Positions 42,240-52,700 of a stretch of 64,000 nt of DNA are shown one piece after another. Source of the stretch: Clostridia bacterium (GTDB lineage: Bacteria > Bacillota > Clostridia > Christensenellales > DTU072). The notes under the pieces were generated by a model. It searched no databases. It was given only the letters and a program-made list of their open reading frames with translations, and was not told the origin of the DNA. Each line of letters opens with the position of its first letter. Position 1 is the first letter of the stretch. The position numbers and the translations under genes are program-made. The stretch is taken from assembly GCA_017403145.1 (NCBI GenBank), contig JAFQOO010000005.1:107141-171140 (forward strand), written 5' to 3'.

Positions 42240-43496
42240 TTATATGTTAGTGCCGGCTGAATAACCGGTAGATAAGGCAATTTGTATATTAAAGCCACCC
42301 GTATATGCATCGACGTCAATCATTTCGCCAGCGAACGAAAGATTGGGAATAAGGGTACTTTTCATAGTCTTTGGATTGATTTCTTTAGTTGATACTCCGC
42401 CAGCAGTAATGATAGCGCGGTCGATATCGGCAAGTCCGCTCATTACAAAGGTAAGTTCTTTTAGTGCGTTTAATAGTCTTGTGCGTTCTTCTTTAGTTAT
42501 AGAGTTAACGACCTTTTCTTTTGGAATTCTCGTAACCGAAATTACGTAAGGAATAAGGCTCTTTGGAAGCAGGCCAGATAGCGCGTTTATAAAGGTGCGG
42601 TTTGCTTGCGCGCTAAAATCAGACAATATGCGTTTATCCAGAGTTTGGTTATCAAGTGCAGGTTTTAGGTCGATTTTGGCTAAAATCGTATTGAAATCAG
42701 CCCTATTGATACGCGACGAGGTCGTTAAAGCTATGGGACCTGATAGCCCATTATCGGTAAACAACATTTCACCAAATTCTCTAGAAAGTTCTTTACCATT
42801 ATCCTTATTGACTATGCTTAACGCAACGTTTTTTAATGAAAGACCTTCGGGTAGAAGAACTTCTTTTATAGGAATAAGAGAACCCTTATAATCGAGCACT
42901 CCTTTTACTATAATCTCGTTTAGTCCACTAACGGGTTTAATAATCGTATGACCTAGCTTTTTTGCAATATTCAAGCCCTTTCCATCACTGCCCGTTTTGT
43001 GGTAAGAAAGTCCCCCGGTTGCTAACACTAAATGGTCGCAGTCAAGCTTTCCTTTGTTGGTAATTACCTTAGTTACGAAACCATTTTCTACTATAACGTC
43101 GCTTAGTTCGGTTTCGAACTTAACGTCAACGTGGTTTTGCTTTAGTGCTTTAAGAAGACCATCGATAATGTCTGAGGATTTGTCGCTAAGAGGAAAAACG
43201 CGATTACCACGCTCAATTTTTAGTTTTACACCCAATTCTTCAAAGAATTCTTGGGTGGCGTCGGTATCGAAGGCTCTTATTGAACTCATCATAAATTTAG
43301 GGTTCGAAACAACGTTTTGGATAAATTCACGACAATCACAAGCATTGGTTACGTTGCATCTACCTTTGCCTGTTATGTATAGTTTTCGCCCTATTTTAGC
43401 GTTTTTTTCTAATAAAACGACCTCGTTACCATTTTTGCTTGCCATTATAGCAGACATAATGCCAGCGGGTCCGCCTCCAACAACTATAACTTTCAT
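42240..43496 (-). CDS. HI0933/BaiN-like FAD-dependent flavoprotein
   Basis: 418-aa ORF with the dinucleotide-binding N-terminus VIVVGGGPAGIMSA and the motif GKGRCNVTN, typical of the family. Confidence 0.8.
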   Translation of the reverse strand: MKVIVVGGGPAGIMSAIMASKNGNEVVLLEKNAKIGRKLYITGKGRCNVTNACDCREFIQNVVSNPKFMMSSIRAFDTDATQEFFEELGVKLKIERGNRVFPLSDKSSDIIDGLLKALKQNHVDVKFETELSDVIVENGFVTKVITNKGKLDCDHLVLATGGLSYHKTGSDGKGLNIAKKLGHTIIKPVSGLNEIIVKGVLDYKGSLIPIKEVLLPEGLSLKNVALSIVNKDNGKELSREFGEMLFTDNGLSGPIALTTSSRINRADFNTILAKIDLKPALDNQTLDKRILSDFSAQANRTFINALSGLLPKSLIPYVISVTRIPKEKVVNSITKEERTRLLNALKELTFVMSGLADIDRAIITAGGVSTKEINPKTMKSTLIPNLSFAGEMIDVDAYTGGFNIQIALSTGYSAGTNI

Positions 43497-44245
43497 TCGT
43501 TCACCTTTCTTTTAAGAATTTTCAAAGCGGTAAACATTGTATTGTCGGAAGTTAGCGGTGTAATCGTAGCGTATCCCTTTTGGTACCAGGTAACGTCGCA
43601 ATCTTCAACGTTAGCTATTGGTAAAGGATTTCCAACAAGTTTATGGGGAATGCCATTCTCGTCGCCTTCGCCAACAAGATAAATATCGCTAAAAATTCTA
43701 ACGCCGATGGGTGTAAGCTTATGGGCGATATTACCTATTTTTTCATTGTTTATGTTTACGTTTAGAGCATATTCAACTGAACAAAGTGATAAATAATAAT
43801 CTAAATGCTCTATAAAATAGTTGATTATATAATCAAAATCTTCGTCGCAAGTGGGATTGCCTGATACGGCGATTGCTTTATATCCTAAAATAGTAGCTTC
43901 CATTGCTGCATTTGCAGTACCGCTATAAACTATCGTAGTGCCGATATTTGGCTCGTTGTTTATTCCTGAAATTATAAGGTCCGGAGGGTTTTGGACCATT
44001 AGCTCGGTACCTAATTTTACACAGTCGGCCGGAGTGCCGGAAACCGAGTAACAATCGTAGTTTTCGTTAGGATTTGATATTTTTTTTAGATAAATTGGCT
44101 TGCCAAAGGTCATGGCGTGCGCCATGCCGGAATTGCATTTGAGCGGTGCAATAACCGTTACTTCGTGGCGTTTAGAAAGCTCTTTAGCAAGATTTCTTAT
44201 GCCAATAGAAGTGTATCCGTCGTCGTTAACGATAAGTATTTTCAT
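43493..44245 (-). CDS. surE: 5'/3'-nucleotidase SurE
   Basis: 250-aa ORF with the N-terminus MKILIVNDDGYTSIGI and the motifs GINNEPNIG and YSGT. Confidence 0.92.
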   Translation of the reverse strand: MKILIVNDDGYTSIGIRNLAKELSKRHEVTVIAPLKCNSGMAHAMTFGKPIYLKKISNPNENYDCYSVSGTPADCVKLGTELMVQNPPDLIISGINNEPNIGTTIVYSGTANAAMEATILGYKAIAVSGNPTCDEDFDYIINYFIEHLDYYLSLCSVEYALNVNINNEKIGNIAHKLTPIGVRIFSDIYLVGEGDENGIPHKLVGNPLPIANVEDCDVTWYQKGYATITPLTSDNTMFTALKILKRKVNE

Positions 44246-44248
44246 TGA

Positions 44249-44956
44249 TTATAGCCTTTTTAAAATATCAATTTCTTTATCGGTAAGATATCTAGACATA
44301 CCCCTACCCAAACCGCCGAGTTTCAAATCGCCGATTTTAGTGCGTTTAAGGAAGATTACGTTTGCACCGATATACTCGAACATACGTCTTACTTGGCGAT
44401 TTTTCCCCTCGTATATGGTGATTTCTACGCGAGTGATACCTTCTTCTTCGCCCAAAATCTTTACTTTTGAACGATGTGTCATAACTCCGTCAAGAGGAAC
44501 ACCGTTTCTAAGCTTAGCTATATCTGCTTCTGCAAGCGTACCTTCTACCTTTGCAACGTACGTTTTGGGGATTTCGTTAGATGGATGTGTTAATTTATAT
44601 GCTAAATCGCCATCGTTTGTTAAAATTACCAAGCCTTCCGTGTCGTAGTCAAGACGACCGATTGGGAAAAGTCTTTTGTCTTTAACGGAAATATAATCCA
44701 TAACGGTTTTGCGACCTTTATCATCTTTAACTGTGGTAACGCAACCCTTTGGTTTATTTAAAACTATGTAAATATCTCGTCTAACGAGCGCTATTTTGCG
44801 CTCGTCGACCATAACCGTATCGTTATATTCGTTTATTTCGGTGCCCAAGGTGGTAACGGTTTTGTTATTGACTTTAACCTTACCTTCGGTAATGAGTTTA
44901 TCTGCACCCCTACGCGAAGCAACCCCACATTCGGCAATATACTTGTTTAATCTCAT
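44249..44956 (-). CDS. rluB: rRNA pseudouridine synthase, RsuA/RluB family
   Basis: ATG 44956 with GGAG 6 nt upstream was preferred over the track start 44968. There is an S4 domain (MRLNKYIAECGVASRR) and the catalytic motif GRLDYDTEGL. Confidence 0.85.
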   Translation of the reverse strand: MRLNKYIAECGVASRRGADKLITEGKVKVNNKTVTTLGTEINEYNDTVMVDERKIALVRRDIYIVLNKPKGCVTTVKDDKGRKTVMDYISVKDKRLFPIGRLDYDTEGLVILTNDGDLAYKLTHPSNEIPKTYVAKVEGTLAEADIAKLRNGVPLDGVMTHRSKVKILGEEEGITRVEITIYEGKNRQVRRMFEYIGANVIFLKRTKIGDLKLGGLGRGMSRYLTDKEIDILKRL

Positions 44957-44958
44957 TG

Positions 44959-46119
44959 CTAACTCCAAAAATCACTAATACTAAATTTCTTCTCTATATT
45001 ATATATAGTATATAATTTTTCGTCAAATTTCAAGTGGTTACCGATATAAATTTTTATAGTACCGCAAGAAGTTTCCACGTTATGTGGTGCAACGAGCTTA
45101 TCTATGGTTTCAATTTTAGTATCAATTACTTCGCTACCATCTTTTTTTAATGGGTAAAAAATATCGTTTTTAGCATAAAGTTCAGCTTTTTTTAATTTTC
45201 CGCCCTTCTTTACGTCTATAGTAGCGTATGGTTTTGTTTTGTCTACTACTTTTTGCATTTGATAATTATCGTATGCGTAATCCATAAGACGAGAACATAA
45301 ATCGAAATAATCGTAGTGATTTATAGCTACTGCTATAACTTGCATACCATTCCGTTCACTACTTGCTATAAGGCATCTACCAGCTTCGGTTGTATAACCG
45401 GTTTTGATACCATTGCCACCATTATAGTTATATAAAATGCGGTTTTTATTGGCAAAATATCTGTTTTCTTCCTCATTATCGCATTTGATAACGTGTAGCT
45501 TGGTACCAACGATTTCCTTGAAGGTTGCGTTATTCATTGCATATGAGGCAATAATTGCAAGGTCGTATGCCGAAGTATAATGTCCGTTTGCCGATAATCC
45601 GTGAGGGTTTTTAAAGCAAGTGTTTTTTAGCCCCAATTGTTCAACTTTTTTGTTCATTAGAGCTACGAATTTATCTATTGAACCTGCGGTATGAATAGCA
45701 AGGGCAACCGCACTATCGTTTCCGGAGCGCAACATTAAACCGTATAAAAGGTCTTTAACCGATAGTTTTTCGCCTTTTTTTAAATAAATAGAGCTACCTT
45801 CGACACCTACCGCTTCAGTTGGTATTGTTACAATATCGCTCAATTTTGCGTTTTCGATAACGATTATTGCTGTCATAGCTTTAGTGGTGCTTGCCATTGG
45901 CAATCTAGCGTGTTCATTATCGGCTTTCAATACGCGATTTGTGCTTTGCTCGATTAAAACGTAAGAGCTGTTATTGCTTTTAGCGATTGCTTGACTGCTT
46001 TTATCACGATTGATTGTAAAACCGCATAAAACGAATGATAAGCAAAATATTATAGCTAATAAGGCTATCCCTATTTTACTTTTATCATTTTTATAAACTT
46101 TTGAGCTACGTCTAAACAT
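44959..46119 (-). CDS. D-alanyl-D-alanine carboxypeptidase (peptidase S11, DacB-like)
   Basis: Has an N-terminal anchor and the motifs STTKAMT (SxxK), SGND (SxN) and KTGYT (KTG). Confidence 0.85.
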   Translation of the reverse strand: MFRRSSKVYKNDKSKIGIALLAIIFCLSFVLCGFTINRDKSSQAIAKSNNSSYVLIEQSTNRVLKADNEHARLPMASTTKAMTAIIVIENAKLSDIVTIPTEAVGVEGSSIYLKKGEKLSVKDLLYGLMLRSGNDSAVALAIHTAGSIDKFVALMNKKVEQLGLKNTCFKNPHGLSANGHYTSAYDLAIIASYAMNNATFKEIVGTKLHVIKCDNEEENRYFANKNRILYNYNGGNGIKTGYTTEAGRCLIASSERNGMQVIAVAINHYDYFDLCSRLMDYAYDNYQMQKVVDKTKPYATIDVKKGGKLKKAELYAKNDIFYPLKKDGSEVIDTKIETIDKLVAPHNVETSCGTIKIYIGNHLKFDEKLYTIYNIEKKFSISDFWS

Positions 46120-46225
46120 TTTTCCAGGTTGGATTCATCGCATCCACAATTACAATTTTTTGTTAAACAACTTTTTGACTTTTCGTCTTTTCTACTTTTG
46201 GATAAATCTAAATTTACACTAAACG

Positions 46226-46723
46226 TTACTTCCATAATTTTTCCTCCTTGTTGTTTTTTAGTATCTGGTAAAGGTAAAAAATTATACCTTTTAGATGAAA
46301 TTTTACTTTAAAACTAGTACACGTACTAATATTTTCGAGAAACAAGATTATTGGCGATTTTTGCCCTTTTTCTTCAAAAATCGACTTGCAAGTATTCTTG
46401 ATTAAGTCGAAAAATAGAATTAAGTGTATTTTTGATGGTGCTTTTGAGTAATAAAAAATTTGGTTTTGGATACATACCAAAAGTGATGCCCCACTCTTGA
46501 AAAAAGTGCAAACGTATTCGCTTGGATTGGGCAAATTTATGTTCTCTTTACTCTTCGTTTTACTTTTGTTTTGATTGAAAAAAATTCTATTCTTTTTAGA
46601 TTTGGTTATAAGAATAACTCCATTGCTATCTAATAATAAATCTAAACGTAAAGTAAGTCCAAATATTTTGATTTCTAGGAAAGCCTGATTACCTATTGTT
46701 TTAATTCTAAAAAAAACTGCCAT
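46226..46723 (-). CDS. Hypothetical protein; start uncertain, possibly a degenerate YtfI/DUF2953-like remnant
   Basis: 165-codon ORF. Its only ATG lies inside the terminator stem of the upstream giant gene, and there is no SD. It is Lys/Ile/Phe-rich with low complexity. Confidence 0.35.
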   Translation of the reverse strand: MAVFFRIKTIGNQAFLEIKIFGLTLRLDLLLDSNGVILITKSKKNRIFFNQNKSKTKSKENINLPNPSEYVCTFFKSGASLLVCIQNQIFYYSKAPSKIHLILFFDLIKNTCKSIFEEKGQKSPIILFLENISTCTSFKVKFHLKGIIFYLYQILKNNKEEKLWK

Positions 46724-46742
46724 ACCTTTTTTAGTATGGCAG
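46709..46742 (-). terminator. Strong intrinsic terminator after the 2755-aa gene
   Basis: On the minus strand CTGCCATAC-TAAAAAAG-GTATGGCAG (9 bp) is followed by T8. Confidence 0.8.
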
Positions 46743-46778
46743 TAATTTTAGTTATAATGCAAATTGGTATTATCTGTA

Positions 46779-49700
46779 TTATTTCTTTTTACCCATCATT
46801 TGCTTTCTGATGGTACGTTTTGCAACACCGCGCGTAATCGCCTTGTAGTTGGCTATTTTTACTAGGTAACCTATTAGGAATATTAGGCCTATTCCGCCTA
46901 CTGCAGAGCCTGCTACGACGTAAGGAGTAATGTTGGGCTTATCTTCATTGGGAGATTCGTATACTATGGTATATACTCCGTTGAAGTAATTGAATGAATA
47001 GTTTTCATCGTATCCTTCGTTAAACTCGATTACGTTGACGCCTACTTTACCGCTGGTAAGCTTGGGTGTGGGTAGAACAGCTATATCTTCTACACCTTCG
47101 TTTTCAACAAAGCCTTCGTATATTAGGTTAATCTTAGGTGCAATACCAGCATAAGTTGTGATATTTGCAGGGGTTGAAACCTTTAGTACCTTTTTAGCGA
47201 TTGTAAACTCAACCGAGTTAGAACCGGAAATGGTGTATGAAGAATTGGAGGGTGTTACGATTAGTCTATAGGTACCTGCATCACGAATGGTATCAACGTT
47301 GAAGATTTTAACAGGTTCACAGTTGTCTCCGACGATTACTCCATTGAAGTAAACCTTAACGTCGTCGTTGCGGGTATAACCATTGTAAACAAGGTTTTTG
47401 TATCCGTCGAACGATACGCTAATAGTCTTGGTCTTAATTTGGATGCTTTGAGTGCCTTCTACGTCGAGATAGTCGTTGGTTTCTTCAAATGAAGCGGATA
47501 CGGTGTGTCTACCTGCCGGGGGGAATGCGGGCAATGTACCATCTTCATTTTCAAATGAATAGCGAACGTCTATAGCTTTTTCTAGACCGGGAGCCTTGAC
47601 GGAAGCGTTGATTGCTGTAAACGAGCCATAGGTTTGAGTAAAGGTTCCGGTAAAGTACAAGGTGGGAGTTACCTTATTTATAACCATTTCGGTGCTAGCG
47701 AGCAAGCGATATTTAGAGATATCTTGTTCGTCGCTTTCGTGGTAGAAATAGCAATTTATAGTATAAACACCGGCAGATTTAGGTGCGCTAGTTTGTAGTA
47801 GATAGTCTTTACCATCGTAACGTCTACCTTCATATTTTAGAATGTATTTAACGTTTTCTTGGATGGAATCCTCTTCGATAATGGGTTCAACTGTTTTAGC
47901 GGTGTTATCAAAATCGAAGGAGTAGGATTTACTTCCAAACTTAACTATAGCAAGTTCCTTGATTTCGGCGGGAATTATAACGATTCTACTATCTTCGTTG
48001 GCGGGGAGCTTATAGTTGTCGCTATGAGTTCCTTCGAGAGCGTTGATAGTCATAACAACCGTAGTTTTACCGGGGTCGGCTGAGGTTAGTACAGCCTTAT
48101 AATTGACCTTTAGAGCACCCGTAGTATTGGCATCGCGTTCAATCAAGCCGTTTATTACGTAGTTTTCTTGGGTGATTTCCGCATAAGTAGTACCATCAAC
48201 GGTCTTAACGAAGGTTGAACCTGCGCTAATAGTAACCTCTCTAGGAGTAATGTTAACGTCTTGTTCTGCAGCGATTTCGCCCATTTGAACAACCACTAAA
48301 TCACCCCTTTCGTTTTTCTTAACGATATTATAATTGGTGTAGCTTTCTTTATCGTTTATTATTACGATGGTGTGTTTGCTTGCACTCATTATAGTTTCGA
48401 CGTTGCCTTCGCCGGATAGATAGTTTTCTTTGTAATTGATGTATACCTTTATGCCGACGTTTGCGCTATCGGGAGTTTCGTTGTTAACGAATCCTTTATA
48501 TATAATGTTAGGATATGCAATATCAAATTCGTCAACTACGTTTTGTGAATAATGTTCACCGTATACCAAATCGTAATCGCCTTGACCGAACGTTAAGGTA
48601 AGGTTTACTTTATCGATAATAGCTTGGTCGGTATATTTTAGAATACCATCGGTCTTTTGAACGCCATTTTCGCCTATTTCACCGGGCAATACGTAGTTGT
48701 TTGCATATTCGTCGACCTTGAACTTATAAATTATATTTATAATCTTATTTTGACCTGCATTTGCGTTATCGTACTCAGCATAAACGGAAAGTTGGTGATT
48801 TAGGAACCTTTCGGGTATGTTTGTCTTGCTGGGGTCGATGGAAGCGGTTTTGGTACCGTCATAGGGCTTTTGAATGGTTACACTAGGACGTGTAGCATCG
48901 TTACCAACGTTAAATACGGTGTTCAAATTGAATTTATTAACGAATAGCCTATAATTTACGTTGTTACCATTTTCATCGATAGCACGATAGTTTTTATCAA
49001 CTATAAATTCACCGTTATCTAGTTTCTTTAGGAATTCTATGGTAAGAGCATAACCGCTTTCTTTATAGGGAATACCGCCTATATCGTAGGAAGAAGTGAT
49101 GGCTTCACGAGTAATGCGAACGTATTGCTTAAAGTTTTCTTCGGTAATATTTGCATCACATTTTTCAAAGTCGATTAGTAGACCATTGTAGTAATCGGGG
49201 TCATAAGATGTTATATCGTTTCCTTGAGTGTCTTTATAGGTGAAGGTCTCGCCAAAGGTAATATAGTAAGTGTTGTTATCAAATGCGTAAATATGGTTAT
49301 TGTTTAGGGTTACCTTAACGCTTCTACCGACAATAACAATTTTACCCTTATTGGTGCCTTCGTTCATCTTACATACAACGTTAGAGTTGTTATCGGTGCA
49401 CGAAGTCGATAAGTCGTAAGAGCCTGCATCGGTACCCTCTTTTATTGTGTTAGAATTGATGGGCTCCATTGCAACGATAACCGTATATTCGCCCAATACA
49501 GGTGAATATAATCTAATCTCTTGAACTAGATTTATAATGGGAGTCATATAGTCGAATTCGAAGCGTTTTGCATCGAAATAAACTTCCAACTCATCAATTC
49601 TAAACGTGTCGTTAGCACCATCATAGCCAAAGTAGTTAATATTATAGTTGCTGTTTGCTTCACTAGAATTTGCTATTTCATAGGAAACGTTGTTGTTTTC

Positions 49701-52700
49701 ATCTACTACTTTATTAACAAGATTGAAACCGGTATAACGATAATCACCTACGGTTTCACCGCTTTGGCGAAGCAATTTAACGTAGATTTCGTCCCCTTCC
49801 AATATACCCGTGGTGTTTTGAGTGTTAAGAGCTAGTATCAATGAACCATCTTCGTCGCCATAAGTCTTTTTAAACTTGACGGAGCTGGTTTTAAAGGTAA
49901 TGTCTTTGGGGTTGATAACTATTGTTGCCGTGGTGGGATATCTTTCTTGATTATCCTCGTAGATTAGGTAGTTTTTGTTGATGGGGTTGTTTGCGTCAAG
50001 AGTTACGGTGGCGGTATAGGTACCAACGTCTTTTATACTCTCTATTTGATATTCATCACTAATAATTGAGCCTTTATATAGTTTAACAATAAAAGACACT
50101 TTTTCTGCGGAAAGGTTAAGGTCGAGCATAACGCCACTCTTGTCATAGTAGCCTGCGTCTTCAATACGACCATAGTTATCACCGATTTCGGCACCGACTA
50201 CCATAGTAGTACCATCGTAGTAGTATGTATTAGCATTACTATTCTTATCGAATTTAGCGAATATGTATCTAGGCATTATAGTGAATGAATCACTAAACGC
50301 GGTGCTGTAGTTATCGTTAGCGTTAATAATATAGTAGTTTTTAGCAACTTCTACGTTCGTGGGAAGTTCGGCCGATACTTTATAGGTACCTGCATTGATA
50401 CAATCGTTTATAGAAGCACCGCTTTCATCGTAATATTTTACTACGAGATTTATTTCGTCGCTTCCTAAAGTGGTGTTGGGAGCAACAAACGTATAGGAGA
50501 TAGTTCTCTTATTAGCTTCGTAGTTATAAATACCACCATTTTGTAGGTTAAACCTGATTTCTAGAGGAGCTTTGGCAATAACGAAGTTTTGTACTTGCTT
50601 GGTATCGGTAGTGTAGTTTGCGTTACCTACTCTAGCAGAAATTTGATAATTACCTACGTTTACGGGATTACCTATAATATCAGAGTCGGTGTCCATATTT
50701 CTATAAGACAAGCTAATTACAGGGTCTTCTGCAATTATAGGAGTGCTTGCTGATATCGAGTAAGATGCGGTTTTAGCTTCTGCCGAATAAACGTGGCTTA
50801 CCGTAGATAAATCGTATTCTAATGCGATTAGATATTTTGCAATTTCGAACTTAACGGGATTTATACTATTAGAACTGATAGCATAGTTGGAGTTACCGCT
50901 TAGAGTTGCAGTTGCAGTATATACACCTGCGTTTCTAGGTTCTTCTTCCCTCTTTGTAGCATCGAATATAAAGGTAATATTTAGCTCAAGCGTATCACCT
51001 TCACAAATATACTCGGGATTCTTGAAAGCAACCTTTATGCCGTCGGGGTTGGTTAGAGCGTCATACTTATGGTTCGTACCATCATAGGTAAGGTTGCTGT
51101 AACCGCTAAATCCGATTTCAAGAGTCTTTTGGGTTATTTCAAAGTTGAATTGTCTATCTTTAATATTATCAGAAAGAACGTAGTTTGCAGGAGCGCTGGT
51201 AAAGTTTACGGTAGCGGTATATCTACCATAATCTTTGGGAGTCTTGCCACCATAATCAATAGTCATTCCAATTTCACCATCTTGAGCTTTATAACCAATA
51301 AACTCGGCGGTTACAGCTTGAGTTTTTCCGTTATAGGGCAACGTGGTTGGAGAAGTAAATCTTACGTTCAAAAGTGCCTTTGTAATAGTGAAAGTGGTTT
51401 CAATAGAGCCTTTGAAGTTCTTTTGACCGGATATTGTTACGTTTGCAGTACCTGCATTGGTATTATTGCTAATATAAACCGTATAGTTTTCGGCTTGCAT
51501 AATGGTTTCGCCGAATCTTACTACGATATTAAGTAACTTTTCGTTAGGATTATTGGGATTTATAGTACTTTGATTTATTTCGTAACCAATATATTCAATA
51601 TCTGCAATCTTATCAATCGAAACAACGCTATTCGCCTTTTCCATATCGTATTGAGTGATGGTAAGAACGTGAGAGTCATAGCCCGTTTTAATAGTATAGT
51701 TGGGGTTGCGTAGTGAGTATCTAACGGTATATGAGCCGGCATCAATTGCAGTCGTGGGGTTGTAATTGGAGTCGTAAACTTGGTCTATAACGGTTACGAT
51801 ATCATTACCACAAAGTGTTTCACCAACGTATCCTACTACGGTATGTGAGGAACCATCATACTCATAACTATCGGTGTCGTAGGTTAGCATAATAGCACGA
51901 GGAACAATGGTAACCGATTGTTGTGCGTTACTAATCGAGTAATTGGTTAAAACGATAGAATCGTCGGGATTTTCGTAGCTTTCTACGAGCGATGCGGTAG
52001 CGGTATAGGTACCAACTATAATCATATCACCGCTATAAGTAATATCGATGTTGTCGTCTATCAAGCCTTTACCTTGCGATGCGGGAGCAAGTTTTGCGTG
52101 TAAACCATTAGCATCTTTATTGTAGGTGGTGCCTTGATATACCAAATCGTATACGTCGTTGGAAGAAGAGTCAGTTCCGGTATAGAACACTACGCTAATA
52201 TCAATAGGAGTTATTCTAATATCGCTAAAAGTAGCAGTTGCGCTATTTAGCGAGTAGTTTTCGTTAGTAATAGTCGCAGTAGCAACGTAGGTACCGGCAT
52301 TCTTTAGAGGAACGTTATTCGTTGCAGTTTCGTTATGATAGTAAGAAATAACTATACCAACTTCATCACCTGCTGCAATAACTGTATTTGCATTGGTTAC
52401 CACACAAGTTACTTCTTGGTTTTCATTAGAGAATCCTTTATTGAAAGCGGTCCAAGTGAGCCCTATTTCCTTTTTATAAACGTACATATGCTCTTGGATA
52501 TATCCGTCTCTTAGTTTATAGTTCGGGTTGGAAGCGATTGTTGCTCTAACGACGTAATAGTCGTCATCCCCTTTTGAACCATCTTTAACGGTAGTTTTGG
52601 TTACCTCTGTTCCGCTGATAGCATCGTTGATAGTATTGTATACTGCATAGTTAAATACAACACTATCGCCACCAATCAAGTTAGTAGCCGTAACGCTTGG

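Noticed and set aside
46129-46311. 60-codon plus-strand ORF between the DD-carboxypeptidase gene and the 165-codon ORF
   Set aside because: It has no SD, it overlaps the 3' end of the minus-strand ORF, and it is a low-complexity translation of AT-rich spacer.
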